From Nemertoderma westbladi (Eukaryota; Animalia; Xenacoelomorpha), in NCBI GenBank assembly GCA_032718475.1, contig JAUCBJ010001794.1, positions 51,090 to 115,089 on the forward strand: a stretch of DNA of 64,000 nt. Direction: 5' to 3'. The notes under the pieces are model-generated. The model did not search any database. It saw only the letters and a list, made by a program, of their open reading frames with translations, and was not told the DNA's origin. Numbering within the stretch: position 1 is the stretch's first letter; each line of letters starts with the position of its first letter. A program made the translations under genes and the position numbers. Positions 50,248-62,902 of the stretch are shown one piece after another.

Positions 50248-51340
50248 CTAGAGACGGCGTCAAGACGCCGTTAAGCAAGTCGGAAGTCATCAATCAAATA
50301 TAAATTCCCTCAACAATGTTTACCTATGGTCAGAATGGAAGGGCTATTTACCTATGGTCAGAGAGAGATCCCACTCTGTAATTTGGCAATTGCTCAAATT
50401 CATTCAGTTGAATGGCACAGTAGAGTGAACTAAACTAAATTCCCTCAACAATGTTTGGCTATGGTCTGAAAGAACTAACAGTCATTCAGCTTGCACAATG
50501 TCAATCACCTACAGTATAAAACATTTAGAATGCCACAGTGTGTATCCTGATACAGATAATAAGCAGTGATATATATATTTCAAACTATAATGTTAGTGTT
50601 AGCCTTACACAGTATCAGTATGAGGCAAAGTAAACATTCCACCTTATAAGCATACTGCCTCCACAGAATTAATGTTGGCCGAAAGATTTAAAAATAAAAC
50701 AATTATTATTATAAATACAGTGCAATCCAATAGTACCCAACACACTGTGTAACTAACAGTCAATCAGCTTACACGTCAATTAACATAGAAGAGAGAGTAA
50801 CCTTGTAGATCGCCATAGAAAGAATTGGGAAGAGTTATTCAGCTGAGGCTGTAATAGCCGGCTAACCCAGTGAATGATTATAAAGTTGGCACTGTATGTA
50901 CTTCCTTGTTAGGTGGCTCCCTATAGAATAGCAAACCAACCAGTTGATGTTTGCTTTGCAGAGAGTGGTTGGTAGGGCCTAAACAAACAGTATGGGTGTA
51001 CTAAGTACAATAATCTTGGCAACCTCATCGATTTATTACTAACATTTTGTGTAGAAATGCATTACATAAGCCATTTTTCATCAGGACACCAGCTGTCATT
51101 GGTGTTATTTTACCATAGCGCCTATGGCGTTTTTTCGTTTATCTCTATTTTTCAAGCCCAGAGGCTATGGACGGAGTAGCCGATCATGCCAGGGACCTTA
51201 GAATCGCGGTATCAAGCTGCTGTGAAAATTTCATCAAAATCGTTAGAGTAGTTTTGGCTGTAGGTCAGTCAGTCAGTCAGTCAGCCAGTCAATCAATCAG
51301 CAAACAATTCTTACAGTAATCAAGTCTAACGACTTGCTAA
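50248..51340 (-). mobile_element. B unit, near-identical to 27198-28290
   Basis: Matched B ends, same length (1093 bp), same private variants. Confidence 0.85.
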
Positions 51341-51347
51341 TAAATAA

Positions 51348-53119
51348 CTAGTGACGGGCCTAGCGGCCCGATAAGGAACCGATTTTTTGTTTTAAATAAA
51401 AGAGACAGCGAGAATTAGTATAAAACTAATAATTATGTAAAAATACAATCATATTTCATACAATAATTATTAATAAATTCGATCTATTATTAGTTGCTCA
51501 AATCTAAAACAAAATCGACCTGCAACTAGTGAAGACCTCGTTTTGGAATTTCGAAACCACGCTGGTGCGATGCGCGATATCGTGTTTAGTTAATAAATTG
51601 AAAACTCCATCAATTCATGTGCAACCAGTAATATGAAATCGCTATAAATGTAATGTAACTAATGTAACGTAATGTAATGTAACTAATGTAGCTAATGTAA
51701 CTGGCCCGTAGGATCAGAGGCAAGAGGACGTAAGGACCCGCAACAGTTTTAGACGTTATGTATCAGAAAACATTTACTTGTATTCGTAATAGAGAACATG
51801 GACTCGTATTCATTTATTTAGTTAATTCAATGCAAAATATTATATTTACAAAATAATTGTACATATCAAACATTAAACTAAAATATATGTCACAATATTG
51901 GTCTGTCGGTAGCTGACTAATAAGTTTATAAATGTAATTAAATAAAAATTATTCTAGAAAAATTTTCCTCAAAAAGTATGAAATCTTGGCATTGGTGACG
52001 CGAAACTAGGCTAGTGAGATTCAGGATATTGCGTTTAATATAAAAATCGAAAACGCTATCGAATTCCGTAAAGGCGTTAATAAAATACTGCAACTTTTTT
52101 GAAATTTGTAAAATTCTAGAACTAGAAAAAAATAATTTTTGAACGGCGCTGTTTGGGGTTTCGAAAGATGGATAGGCTGAAAGAGGACATCGAATTAAGT
52201 TGAAAAATGAAAACCCCATCGAATTTGGACAACGCGTTCTGGAGTTATAGCAGATCGAAAAAAATTGACCCCCCCCCCCCCAGTCGCCAAGAATTTACAA
52301 GTAATTTAAAATTTTGCAAAAAAAATTTTTTTGCGTTATTTTTGATGGCGAATCGATTGGCAGTACTGGCAACGAAAAAATTTTTTTTGAAATTTTTGGT
52401 CAGAAAAAAAAACATGGAAAAAGTATATTTTTAAAAAGATTTGATGTCTTTGCCTATGGTCAGAGAATGATCCAACTCTGTAACTTGGCAATCGCTCAAA
52501 TCCATTCAGCTGAATGGCACAGTAGAGTAAACTAAAGTAAATTCCCTATACAATGTTCTGAAGGGGAGACTGACAGAGAGTAATCCAACAATAAAACATT
52601 TTGCAATAATGTTGGCATTAATGTAGCCAACACACTGTGTACTAAACCGTCATTCAGCTTACATTAGCAGAGGGAGAAACTTGGATACTCAACTAGAATG
52701 CATTGGGAAGAGTTATTCAGCTGAGGCAATAATAGATTTCAAACTAAACCAACCAGTTTATATTTGCTTTGACAGGGCCTAAACAAACAGTATGGGTGTA
52801 CTAAGTACAATAATCTTGGCAACCTCATCGATTTATACTAAGCCTTGTGTAGAAATCCATTACATAAGCCATTTTTCATTACGACACCAGCTGTTATTGG
52901 TGTTATTTTACCATTGCGCCTGTGGCGTTTTTTCGTTTATGTCTATTTTTCGAGCCCACGGCTCATGGACGAAATAGCGGAACATACCAGGGACCTTAGA
53001 ATCGCGGTATCTAGCCGCTGTGAAAATTTCATCAAAATCGTTAGAGTAGTTTTGGCTGTAGATCAGTCAGTCAGCCAGCCACGAGCAATTCTTACAGTAA
53101 TGAACCTCTCGGTTCCTAA
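51348..53119 (-). mobile_element. A unit with retroelement-like insertion
   Basis: Matched A ends. Confidence 0.85.
51655..51926 (-). mobile_element. 5'-truncated non-LTR retroelement (LINE/SINE 3' end)
   Basis: Absent from other A units. 12-bp TSD TATAAATGTAAT (51643-51654, 51927-51938). (AATGT/AATGTAACT)n tail at left. Confidence 0.75.
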
Positions 53120-56100
53120 CTAGTGACGGGCCTAGCGGCCCGATAAGGAACCGACTTTTTATTTCAATTAAAAGAGACAACGAGCTCGGCTCGGTCTTGC
53201 ACGATTGGGCACGATTTAGTTCGACTTGGCTTGATCGGCTCGGTTTGGCTCGATTGGGCTCGGCTCGGCTCTATCTGACTCGACTCAGCTTGATTCGGCT
53301 CAATCGGCTCGATTGGGTTCGACTCGGCTCGGTCCAGCTCGACTTGGCTCAATTGAGCTCGATTCAGCTCAATCTGCTCGACTCGGCTCGAATCGGCGCA
53401 ATTGGGATTGATTGGGCTTGACTCGGCTCGATTTGGCTCAACTTGGCTCAGTCTGGCTCGATTGGGCTCGACTTGGCTCGGTCCGGCTCAATTGGGCTCG
53501 ACTAGGCTTGATTGGGCTCGATCCGGCTCTATTGGGCTCGACTCGATTCGATTTGGGCTTGTCTCGGCTCAGTCTGGCTCGACTCGGCTCGATTGGGCTC
53601 AACTCGGCTCGATTGGGCTCGACTCGGCTTGATTGGGCTCAATCCGGGCTCAATTTGGCATGACACGGCTCGACTCGGCTCGGCTCGGTTCGGCTCGGCT
53701 CGGCTTGGCTTGGCTTGGCTCGGGTCGGCTCGGCTCGGGTCGGCTCAGCTCGGTTCGGCTCGGCTCGGCTCGGCTCGGCTCGGCTCGGCTCGGCTCGGCT
53801 CGGCTCGGCTCGGTTCGGCTCGGCTCGGCTCGGCTCGGCTCGGCTCGGCTCGGCTCGGCTCGACTCGGCTCGGTCTGAGTCGACTCAGCTCAACTCAGCT
53901 CGATTCGGCTCGATTGGGTTCGACTTGGCTCGGTCCGGCTCGACTTGGCTCAATTGGGCTTGATTCGGCTCAATCTGCACGACTCGGCTCGATTGGGATT
54001 GATTGGGCTTGACTTAGCTCGATTTGGCTCAACTTGGCTCAGTCCGGCTCAATTGGGCTCGGTCCAGCTCAATTGGGCTCGACTAGGATTGATTGGGCTC
54101 GAATCGGCTCTATTGGGCTCGACTCGACTCGATTGGGCTTGACTAGGCTCAGTCTGGCTCGACTCGGCTTGATTGGGCTCAACTCCGCTCTGTTCGGCTC
54201 GATTGGGCTCGACTCGGCTTGATCACCTCGATTGGTTCTATTCGGCTCAATCGGTATGATTCGGCTCGATTGACACACGATGCTGGAAGGGTCAAAGCCA
54301 AACTCACGTGCTGCTCGAAGTGACAAAGTCAAACATTGTGTCAAATATTTGATTAACTCACGTGATGCTCGAAGGGCGCAACTACCTATATATCGAAACA
54401 AGCCCCTGTCTTGAATTTATATTATATCAGAAATCCTCGCCTTCAGTACAAAATATCTACAAATTAATTAATTTACCTGAAGTATGGGTAACATTATAAA
54501 TTCGCTTTTCGTACAGTAGTTAACTAAAGCAAATACCCTTCAGGTTGACTGAATGATGTTTGCCATGCATAATGTATTATATTTGGGTTCCATGACCCAC
54601 CCCATTGATTGAACAGCTTTGCTTACATCAGATAGAGAGTAATCCCAAATTAACTTCCCTCTACGAAAATGATTTTAATTAAATACATACAACCTAGCAG
54701 TCAACTCTGCTATCAACAGTACACAATAACTAAAATGGCATTCAGCTTACCAGCTATTATTCGCATTAAGCTAATAGATATTCGATTTCATTGGATTCGC
54801 TCGACTCGGCTCGATTGGTCTCGACTCAGCTCGATTGGGCTTGAATCGGCTCGATTGGGCTCGATTGGTCTCGACTCGGCTCGATTGGGCTTGAATCGGC
54901 TCGATTGGGATTAATTGGGCTTGACTCGGCTCGATTTGGCTCAACTTGGCTCAGTCCGGCTCGACTGGGCTTGGTCCGGCTCAATTGGGCTCGACTAGGC
55001 TTGATTGGGCTCTACTCGGCTCTATTGGGCTCGACTCGGTTCGATTGGGCTTAACTCGGCTCAGTCGGGCTCGACTCAGCTTGATTAGGCTCAACTCGGC
55101 TCCGTCCGGATCGATTGGGCTCGACTCGGCTTGATTGGTCTTGACTCGACTCAGTCCGACTCAATTTGGCATGTCACGGCTCGACTCGGCTCGATTGGTT
55201 TCGGCTCAGCTCGTTCTGAGTCGACTCAGCTCGATTCGGCTCAATCGGCTCGATTCAGTTCGACTTGGCTCGGTCCGGCTCGACTTGGCTCAATTGGGCT
55301 CGATTCGGCTCAATCCGCTCAACTCGGCTCGATTGGGATTGATTGGGCTTGACCCGGTTCGATTTGGCTCAACTTGGCACAGTCTGGCTCGATTGGGCTC
55401 GACTTGGCCCAGTCCGGCTCAATTGGGCTCGACTAGGATTGATTGGGCTCGACTCGGCTCTATTGGGCTCGACTCGACTCGATTGGGCTTGAATCGGCTC
55501 AGTCTGGCTCGCTCGGCTTGATTGGGCTCAACTCGGCTCCGTTCGGCTCGATTGGGCTCGACTCGGCTTGATCGCCTCGATTGGTTCTATTCGGCTCGAT
55601 CGGTATGATTCGGCTCGATTGACACATGCTGCTGGAAGGGTCAAAGCCAAACTCACGTGCTGCTCGAAGGGACAAAGTCAAACAGTGTGTCTATTATTTG
55701 ATGTAACTCACGTGCTGCTCGAAGGGCACAACATCATATATCAAGGGTCAAAGCAAAACTCACGTGCTGCTCGAAGGGACAAAGTCAAACAGTGTGTCTA
55801 TTATTTGATGTAACTCACGTGCTGCTCGAAGGGCACAACATCATATATCAAGGGTCAAAGCAAAACTCACGTGCTGCTCGAAGGGACAAAGTCAAACAGT
55901 GTGTCTATTATTTGATGTAACTCACATGCTGCTCGAAGGGCGCAAATACATATATCGAAGGGTCAAAGCCAAACTCACGTGCTGCTCGAAGGGACAACTC
56001 AAACATTGTGTCTAATATTTGATTAACTCACGTGCTGCTCGAAAGGCGCAACTACATATATCGAAACAAGCCCCTCTCTTGTATTTTAATTATATCAGAA

Positions 56101-56881
56101 ATCCTTGCCTTCAGTACAAAATATCTAAAAATTCATTTACCTGAAGTATGGGTAACATCATAAATTCGCTTTTCACACAGTAGTTAACTAAAGCAAATAC
56201 CCTTCAGGTTGACTGAATGATTTTATTAATGTTTGCCCTGCATATGCATAATGTACTATATTTGGGTCCCATGACCCACCCCATTGCTTACATCTGATAG
56301 AGAGTAATCCCAAATTAACTTCCCTCTACGAAAATTATTTTAATTAAATACATACAACATGGCAGTCAACTCTACACTCAACAGTACACAATAACTAAAA
56401 TGGCATTCAGCTTACCAGCTATTCGCATTAAGCTAATAGATATTCGATTTCATTCGGTTCAGTGAGTGTGTGAGGGCTATTGGGAGAGCAATCAGCTTAT
56501 GATGTAATACATTAGAAGCCCACAGCTTATGTTTGCTCACTGTCTGAGTTGTAGAGTGAGGATAATACTTGGCACAGAAAGCATTTCCTTGTTAGGTGGC
56601 CATTCCTATAGAATAGCATTACTAGGCCATCTCTATCCATTTTTCATGAGTGCCAGCTGGTGTTTTTATCATTGCGCCTATGGCGTTTTTTCGTTTATGT
56701 CTATTTTTCGAGCCCACGGCTCATGGACGAAATAGCGGAACATACCAGGGACCTTAGAATCGCGGTATCTAGCCGCTGTGAAAATTTCATCAAAATCGTT
56801 AGAGTAGTTTTGGCTGTAGATCAGTCAGTCAGTCAGCCAGTCTCGAGCAATTCTTACAGTAATGAACCTCTCGGTTCCTAA
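53120..56881 (-). mobile_element. Internally duplicated G unit with two degenerate pentamer blocks (53184-54268, 54799-55618)
   Basis: Matched A ends; the G body breaks at CATTGGATTC|GCTCGACTC (54798) and re-enters the satellite. Confidence 0.82.
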
Positions 56882-59138
56882 CTAGTGACGGGCCTAGCGG
56901 CCCGATAAGGAACCGACTTTTTATTTCAAATAAAAGAGACAACGAGAATTATTATAGAACTAATAATTATGTAAAAATACAATCATATTTCATACAATAA
57001 TTATTAATAAATTCGATCTATTATTAGTTACTCAATTCTAGAACAAAATCGACCTGCAACTAGTAAAGACCTCGTTTTGGAATTTCGAAACCACGCTGGT
57101 GCGATGCGCGATATCGTGTTTAGTTAATAAATTGAAAACTCCATCAATTCATGTGCAACCAGTAATAAGAAATCGCGATAAATGTAATTTAATAAAAATT
57201 ATTCTAGAAAAATTTTCCTCAAAAAGTATGAAGTCTTGGCGTTGGTGACGCGAAACTAGGCTAGTGAGATTCAGGATATTGCGTTTAATATAAAAATCGA
57301 AAACGCTATCGAATTCCGTAAAGGCGTTAATAAAATACTGCAACTTTTTTGAAATTTGTAAAATTCTAGAACTGGAAAAAATTATTTTTTGAACGGCGCT
57401 GTTTGGGGTTTGGAAACATGGATAGGCTGAAAGAGGACATCGAATTAAGTTGAAAAATGAAAACCCCATCGAATTTGGACAAAGCGTTCCGGAGTTATAG
57501 CGGATCGAAAAAAATTGAAAAAAAATTGGCATGTCACGGCTCGACTCGGCTCGATTGGTTTCGGCTCAGCTCGGTCTGAGTCGACTCAGCTCGATTCGGC
57601 TCAATCGGCTCGATTCGGTTCGACTTGGCTCGGTCCGGCTCGACTTGGCTCAATTGGGCTCGATTCGGCTCAATCCGCTCAACTCGGCTCGATTGGGATT
57701 GATTGGGCTTGACCCGGTTCGATTTGGCTCAACTTGGCACAGTCTGGCTCGATTGGGCTCGACTTGGCCCAGTCCGGCTCAATTGGGCTCGACTAGGATT
57801 GATTGGGCTCGACTCGGCTCTATTGGGCTCGACTCGACTCGATTGGGCTTGAATCGGCTCAGTCTGGCTCGCTCGGCTTGATTGGGCTCAACTCGGCTCC
57901 GTTCGGCTCGATTGGGCTCGACTCGGCTTGATCGCCTCGATTGGTTCTATTCGGCTCGATCGGTATGATTCGGCTCGATTGACACATGCTGCTGGAAGGG
58001 TCAAAGCCAAACTCACGTGCTGCTCGAAGGGACAAAGTCAAACAGTGTGTCTATTATTTGATGTAACTCACGTGCTGCTCGAAGGGCACAACATCATATA
58101 TCAAGGGTCAAAGCAAAACTCACGTGCTGCTCGAAGGGACAAAGTCAAACAGTGTGTCTATTATTTGATGTAACTCACGTGCTGCTCGAAGGGCGCAAAT
58201 ACATATATCGAAGGGTCAAAGCCAAACTCACGTGCTGCTCGAAGGGACAACTCAAACATTGTGTCTAATATTTGATTAACTCACGTGCTGCTCGAAGGGC
58301 GCAACTACATATATCGAAACAAGCCCCTGTCTTGTATTTTAATTATATCAGAAATCCTTGCCTTCAGTACAAAATATCTAAAAATTCATTTACCTGAAGT
58401 ATGGGTAACATCATAAATTCGCTTTTCACACAGTAGTTAACTAAAGCAAATACCCTTCAGGTTGACTGAATGATTTTATTAATGTTTGCCCTGCATATGC
58501 ATAATGTACTATATTTGGGTCCCATGACCCACCCCATTGCTTACATCTGATAGAGAGTAATCCCAAATTAACTTCCCTCTACGAAAATTATTTTAATTAA
58601 ATACATACAACATGGCAGTCAACTCTACACTCAACAGTACACAATAACTAAAATGGCATTCAGCTTACCAGCTATTCGCATTAAGCTAATAGATATTCGA
58701 TTTCATTCGATTCAGTGAGTGTGTGAGGGCTATTGGGAGAGCAATCAGCTTATGATGTAATACATTAGAAGCCCACAGCTTATGTTTGCTCACTGTCTGA
58801 GTTGTAGAGTGAGGATAATACTTGGCACAGAAAGCATTTCCTTGTTAGGTGGCCATTCCTATAGAATAGCATTACTAGGCCATCTCTATCCATTTTTCAT
58901 GAGTGCCAGCTGGTGTTTTTATCATTGCGCCTATGGCGTTTTTTCGTTTATGTCTATTTTTCGAGCCCACGGCTCATGGACGAAATAGCGGAACATACCA
59001 GGGACCTTAGAATCGCGGTATCTAGCCGCTGTGAAAATTTCATCAAAATCGTTAGAGTAGTTTTGGCTGTAGATCAGTCAGTCAGCCAGCCAGCCAGCCA
59101 CGAGCAATTCTTACAGTAATGAACCTCTCGGTTCCTAA
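56882..59138 (-). mobile_element. A/G chimeric unit
   Basis: A body to ~57517, then G sequence equivalent to ~55166-56881 minus one 107-bp repeat; matched A ends. Confidence 0.82.
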
Positions 59139-62100
59139 CTAGTGACGGGCCTAGCGGCCCGATAAGGAACCGACTTTTTATTTCAATTAAAAGAGACAAC
59201 GAGCTCGGCTCGGTCTTGCACGATTGGGCACGATTTAGTTCGACTTGGCTTGATCGGCTCGGTTTGGCTCGATTGGGCTCGGCTCGGCTCTATCTGACTC
59301 GACTCAGCTTGATTCGGCTCAATCGGCTCGATTGGGTTCGACTCGGCTCGGTCCAGCTCGACTTGGCTCAATTGAGCTCGATTCAGCTCAATCTGCTCGA
59401 CTCGGCTCGAATCGGCGCAATTGGGATTGATTGGGCTTGACTCGGCTCGATTTGGCTCAACTTGGCTCAGTCTGGCTCGATTGGGCTCGACTTGGCTCGG
59501 TCCGGCTCAATTGGGCTCGACTAGGCTTGATTGGGCTCGATCCGGCTCTATTGGGCTCGACTCGATTCGATTTGGGCTTGTCTCGGCTCAGTCTGGCTCG
59601 ACTCGGCTCGATTGGGCTCAACTCGGCTCGATTGGGCTCGACTCGGCTTGATTGGGCTCAATCCGGGCTCAATTTGGCATGACACGGCTCGACTCGGCTC
59701 GGCTCGGTTCGGCTCGGCTCGGCTTGGCTTGGCTTGGCTCGGGTCGGCTCGGCTCGGGTCGGCTCAGCTCGGTTCGGCTCGGCTCGGCTCGGCTCGGCTC
59801 GGCTCGGCTCGGCTCGGCTCGGCTCGGCTCGGTTCGGCTCGGCTCGGCTCGGCTCGGCTCGGCTCGGCTCGGCTCGGCTCGACTCGGCTCGGTCTGAGTC
59901 GACTCAGCTCAACTCAGCTCGATTCGGCTCGATTGGGTTCGACTTGGCTCGGTCCGGCTCGACTTGGCTCAATTGGGCTTGATTCGGCTCAATCTGCACG
60001 ACTCGGCTCGATTGGGATTGATTGGGCTTGACTTAGCTCGATTTGGCTCAACTTGGCTCAGTCCGGCTCAATTGGGCTCGGTCCAGCTCAATTGGGCTCG
60101 ACTAGGATTGATTGGGCTCGAATCGGCTCTATTGGGCTCGACTCGACTCGATTGGGCTTGACTAGGCTCAGTCTGGCTCGACTCGGCTTGATTGGGCTCA
60201 ACTCCGCTCTGTTCGGCTCGATTGGGCTCGACTCGGCTTGATCACCTCGATTGGTTCTATTCGGCTCAATCGGTATGATTCGGCTCGATTGACACACGAT
60301 GCTGGAAGGGTCAAAGCCAAACTCACGTGCTGCTCGAAGTGACAAAGTCAAACATTGTGTCAAATATTTGATTAACTCACGTGATGCTCGAAGGGCGCAA
60401 CTACCTATATATCGAAACAAGCCCCTGTCTTGAATTTATATTATATCAGAAATCCTCGCCTTCAGTACAAAATATCTACAAATTAATTAATTTACCTGAA
60501 GTATGGGTAACATTATAAATTCGCTTTTCGTACAGTAGTTAACTAAAGCAAATACCCTTCAGGTTGACTGAATGATGTTTGCCATGCATAATGTATTATA
60601 TTTGGGTTCCATGACCCACCCCATTGATTGAACAGCTTTGCTTACATCAGATAGAGAGTAATCCCAAATTAACTTCCCTCTACGAAAATGATTTTAATTA
60701 AATACATACAACCTAGCAGTCAACTCTGCTATCAACAGTACACAATAACTAAAATGGCATTCAGCTTACCAGCTATTATTCGCATTAAGCTAATAGATAT
60801 TCGATTTCATTGGATTCGCTCGACTCGGCTCGATTGGTCTCGACTCAGCTCGATTGGGCTTGAATCGGCTCGATTGGGCTCGATTGGTCTCGACTCGGCT
60901 CGATTGGGCTTGAATCGGCTCGATTGGGATTAATTGGGCTTGACTCGGCTCGATTTGGCTCAACTTGGCTCAGTCCGGCTCGACTGGGCTTGGTCCGGCT
61001 CAATTGGGCTCGACTAGGCTTGATTGGGCTCTACTCGGCTCTATTGGGCTCGACTCGGTTCGATTGGGCTTAACTCGGCTCAGTCGGGCTCGACTCAGCT
61101 TGATTAGGCTCAACTCGGCTCCGTCCGGATCGATTGGGCTCGACTCGGCTTGATTGGTCTTGACTCGACTCAGTCCGACTCAATTTGGCATGTCACGGCT
61201 CGACTCGGCTCGATTGGTTTCGGCTCAGCTCGTTCTGAGTCGACTCAGCTCGATTCGGCTCAATCGGCTCGATTCAGTTCGACTTGGCTCGGTCCGGCTC
61301 GACTTGGCTCAATTGGGCTCGATTCGGCTCAATCCGCTCAACTCGGCTCGATTGGGATTGATTGGGCTTGACCCGGTTCGATTTGGCTCAACTTGGCACA
61401 GTCTGGCTCGATTGGGCTCGACTTGGCCCAGTCCGGCTCAATTGGGCTCGACTAGGATTGATTGGGCTCGACTCGGCTCTATTGGGCTCGACTCGACTCG
61501 ATTGGGCTTGAATCGGCTCAGTCTGGCTCGCTCGGCTTGATTGGGCTCAACTCGGCTCCGTTCGGCTCGATTGGGCTCGACTCGGCTTGATCGCCTCGAT
61601 TGGTTCTATTCGGCTCGATCGGTATGATTCGGCTCGATTGACACATGCTGCTGGAAGGGTCAAAGCCAAACTCACGTGCTGCTCGAAGGGACAAAGTCAA
61701 ACAGTGTGTCTATTATTTGATGTAACTCACGTGCTGCTCGAAGGGCACAACATCATATATCAAGGGTCAAAGCAAAACTCACGTGCTGCTCGAAGGGACA
61801 AAGTCAAACAGTGTGTCTATTATTTGATGTAACTCACGTGCTGCTCGAAGGGCACAACATCATATATCAAGGGTCAAAGCAAAACTCACGTGCTGCTCGA
61901 AGGGACAAAGTCAAACAGTGTGTCTATTATTTGATGTAACTCACATGCTGCTCGAAGGGCGCAAATACATATATCGAAGGGTCAAAGCCAAACTCACGTG
62001 CTGCTCGAAGGGACAACTCAAACATTGTGTCTAATATTTGATTAACTCACGTGCTGCTCGAAAGGCGCAACTACATATATCGAAACAAGCCCCTCTCTTG

Positions 62101-62902
62101 TATTTTAATTATATCAGAAATCCTTGCCTTCAGTACAAAATATCTAAAAATTCATTTACCTGAAGTATGGGTAACATCATAAATTCGCTTTTCACACAGT
62201 AGTTAACTAAAGCAAATACCCTTCAGGTTGACTGAATGATTTTATTAATGTTTGCCCTGCATATGCATAATGTACTATATTTGGGTCCCATGACCCACCC
62301 CATTGCTTACATCTGATAGAGAGTAATCCCAAATTAACTTCCCTCTACGAAAATTATTTTAATTAAATACATACAACATGGCAGTCAACTCTACACTCAA
62401 CAGTACACAATAACTAAAATGGCATTCAGCTTACCAGCTATTCGCATTAAGCTAATAGATATTCGATTTCATTCGGTTCAGTGAGTGTGTGAGGGCTATT
62501 GGGAGAGCAATCAGCTTATGATGTAATACATTAGAAGCCCACAGCTTATGTTTGCTCACTGTCTGAGTTGTAGAGTGAGGATAATACTTGGCACAGAAAG
62601 CATTTCCTTGTTAGGTGGCCATTCCTATAGAATAGCATTACTAGGCCATCTCTATCCATTTTTCATGAGTGCCAGCTGGTGTTTTTATCATTGCGCCTAT
62701 GGCGTTTTTTCGTTTATCTCTATTTTTCGAGCCCAGCGGCTCATGGACGGAGTAGCCGATCATGCCAGGGACCTTAGAATCGCGGTATCTAGCCGCTGTG
62801 AAAATTTCATCAAAATCGTTAGAGTAGTTTTGGCTGTAGATCAGCCAGTCAGCCAGCCAGTCTGCCAGCAATTCTTACAGTAATGAACCTCTCGGTTCCT
62901 AA
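59139..62902 (-). mobile_element. Internally duplicated G unit, copy of 53120-56881
   Basis: Identical ORF-track translations at a constant offset of 6019 bp. Confidence 0.85.
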
